From positions 53,914 through 117,913 of the forward strand of contig CAVPOR010000011.1 of the NCBI GenBank assembly GCA_963707095.1: DNA of 64,000 nucleotides, read 5' to 3'. The DNA comes from an uncultured Alphaproteobacteria bacterium. Lineage in GTDB: Bacteria; Pseudomonadota; Alphaproteobacteria; Rhizobiales; Xanthobacteraceae. Numbering within the stretch: position 1 is the stretch's first letter; every line of letters begins with the position of its first letter. The position numbers and the translations under genes are program-made. Positions 62,932 to 64,000 of the stretch are shown piece by piece. The notes below the pieces were generated by a model. That model was not told the origin of the DNA and did not search any database. It was given only the letters and a program-made list of their open reading frames with translations.

Positions 62932-63729
62932 ATGGATTTTAAAAACCCACGGTACACCCCGATGAGTCGCCGCCGCCGCATTTACGAAGGCAAGGCGAAG
63001 ATCCTCTATGAGGGCCCCGAGCCTGGAACGCTGATTCAACACTTCAAGGACGACGCGACCGCCTTCAACGCCAAGAAACACGAGGTTATCGAGGGTAAAG
63101 GCGTTCTCAACAACCGCATCTCGGAATATATCTTCCAGCACCTCAACGATATCGGGGTTCCCACCCACTTCATCCGCCGGCTCAACATGCGCGAGCAGTT
63201 GATTCGCGAGGTGGAAATCATCCCGCTCGAGGTGGTGGTGCGCAATGTCGCCGCGGGCTCGCTGGCGACCCGGCTCGGCATCGACGAGGGTACCCAGTTG
63301 CCGCGCTCGATCATCGAGTTTTATTACAAGAACGAAGCGCTCAATCATCCGATGGTATCGGAAGAACACATCACCGCCTTCGGCTGGGCCAGCCCGCAGG
63401 AAATCGACGACATCATGGCTCTTGCCATAAGGGTCAACGACTTCCTTTCGGGCGTGTTCCTCGGCGTCGGCATCCGTCTGGTCGATTTCAAGATGGAAAC
63501 CGGCAGGCTTTGGGAAAACGACGTGATGCGCATCGTCGTGGCCGACGAAATTTCGCCCAACTCGTGCCGGTTGTGGGACATCAAGACCAACAACAAGCTC
63601 GACAAGGACCGCTTCCGCCGCGACCTCGGCGGCCTCCTGGAGGCCTATACCGAAGTCGCCAAGCGCTTAGGCATCATGAGCGAAGGCGAGCCGCCACGCG
63701 GCGCCGGCCCAGTGCTGGTGAAGGGCTAA
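62932..63729 (+). CDS. purC: SAICAR synthase
   Basis: [38 protein letters not shown]; alternative start at 62962. Confidence 0.97.
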   Translation: MDFKNPRYTPMSRRRRIYEGKAKILYEGPEPGTLIQHFKDDATAFNAKKHEVIEGKGVLNNRISEYIFQHLNDIGVPTHFIRRLNMREQLIREVEIIPLEVVVRNVAAGSLATRLGIDEGTQLPRSIIEFYYKNEALNHPMVSEEHITAFGWASPQEIDDIMALAIRVNDFLSGVFLGVGIRLVDFKMETGRLWENDVMRIVVADEISPNSCRLWDIKTNNKLDKDRFRRDLGGLLEAYTEVAKRLGIMSEGEPPRGAGPVLVKG

Positions 63730-63814
63730 ATATTCACTTGTTTGGGCAATTTTGGCCGTGAATTACCCGAAGCCCGGTCTTGTGCCGGGCTTCGGCGTCT
63801 CTAGGTTACGAATC

Positions 63815-64000
63815 ATGAAAGCCCGCGTCACCGTCACCCTGAAAACCGGCATCCTCGACCCCCAGGGCAAGGCCATCGAAGGCGCGCTGCGTTCGCTGGG
63901 GGTGGCCGGGGTCGCCAGCGTGCGCCAGGGCAAGGTCTTCGACATCGAAATCGAGGGCTCCGATCCGGCCAAGGCCGAGGCACTCCTCAAGCAGGCCGCC
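63815..64000 (+). CDS. purS: FGAM synthase subunit PurS, 3'-truncated by the window edge
   Basis: MKARVTVTLKTGILDPQGKAI, VRQGKVF. Confidence 0.95.
   Translation, partial: MKARVTVTLKTGILDPQGKAIEGALRSLGVAGVASVRQGKVFDIEIEGSDPAKAEALLKQAA

Overview
GC-rich alphaproteobacterial chromosome segment, Hyphomicrobiales-like (Xanthobacteraceae/Bradyrhizobium-type gene order; inferred). About 5.5-36 kb is a Caulobacter/Bradyrhizobium-type flagellar cluster: flgEKL, flaF-flbT, two minimal 271-aa flagellins, flgNJI, fliX-dksA, flgFGAH, fliLM-motE-large TPR protein, fliOP, flgBC-fliE-fliQR-flhB and cckA. It has readable sigma54 promoters, IHF sites, ftr-like enhancers and CtrA boxes. About 36-53 kb is accessory: PilZ, cspA, cupins, GST, acyltransferase, SET, Kazal, DUF5996, an AT-rich MtlR/HEPN gene broken by an IS3, an IS5 and a nonsense codon, fumarase and opgC. 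About 54-64 kb is housekeeping: recA with LexA boxes, alaS, icd, trmJ-DUF559, ATPase zeta subunit, purC and purS. Roughly 20 or more single-base insertions split core genes and look like long-read or assembly errors. The most interesting candidates are: (i) a structured 3' trailer RNA of the flgFGAH operon with anti-Shine-Dalgarno CUCCC motifs, matching GGGAG hairpin loops in the flgF, flgI and fliL leaders; (ii) an orphan Arg-free 197-aa putative flagellar export substrate; (iii) a GT41 glycosyltransferase inserted before flgE; (iv) the triply inactivated HEPN gene; (v) a TrmJ fused to a degenerate Vsr-like nuclease domain. All calls come from reading the sequence; no searches were run.
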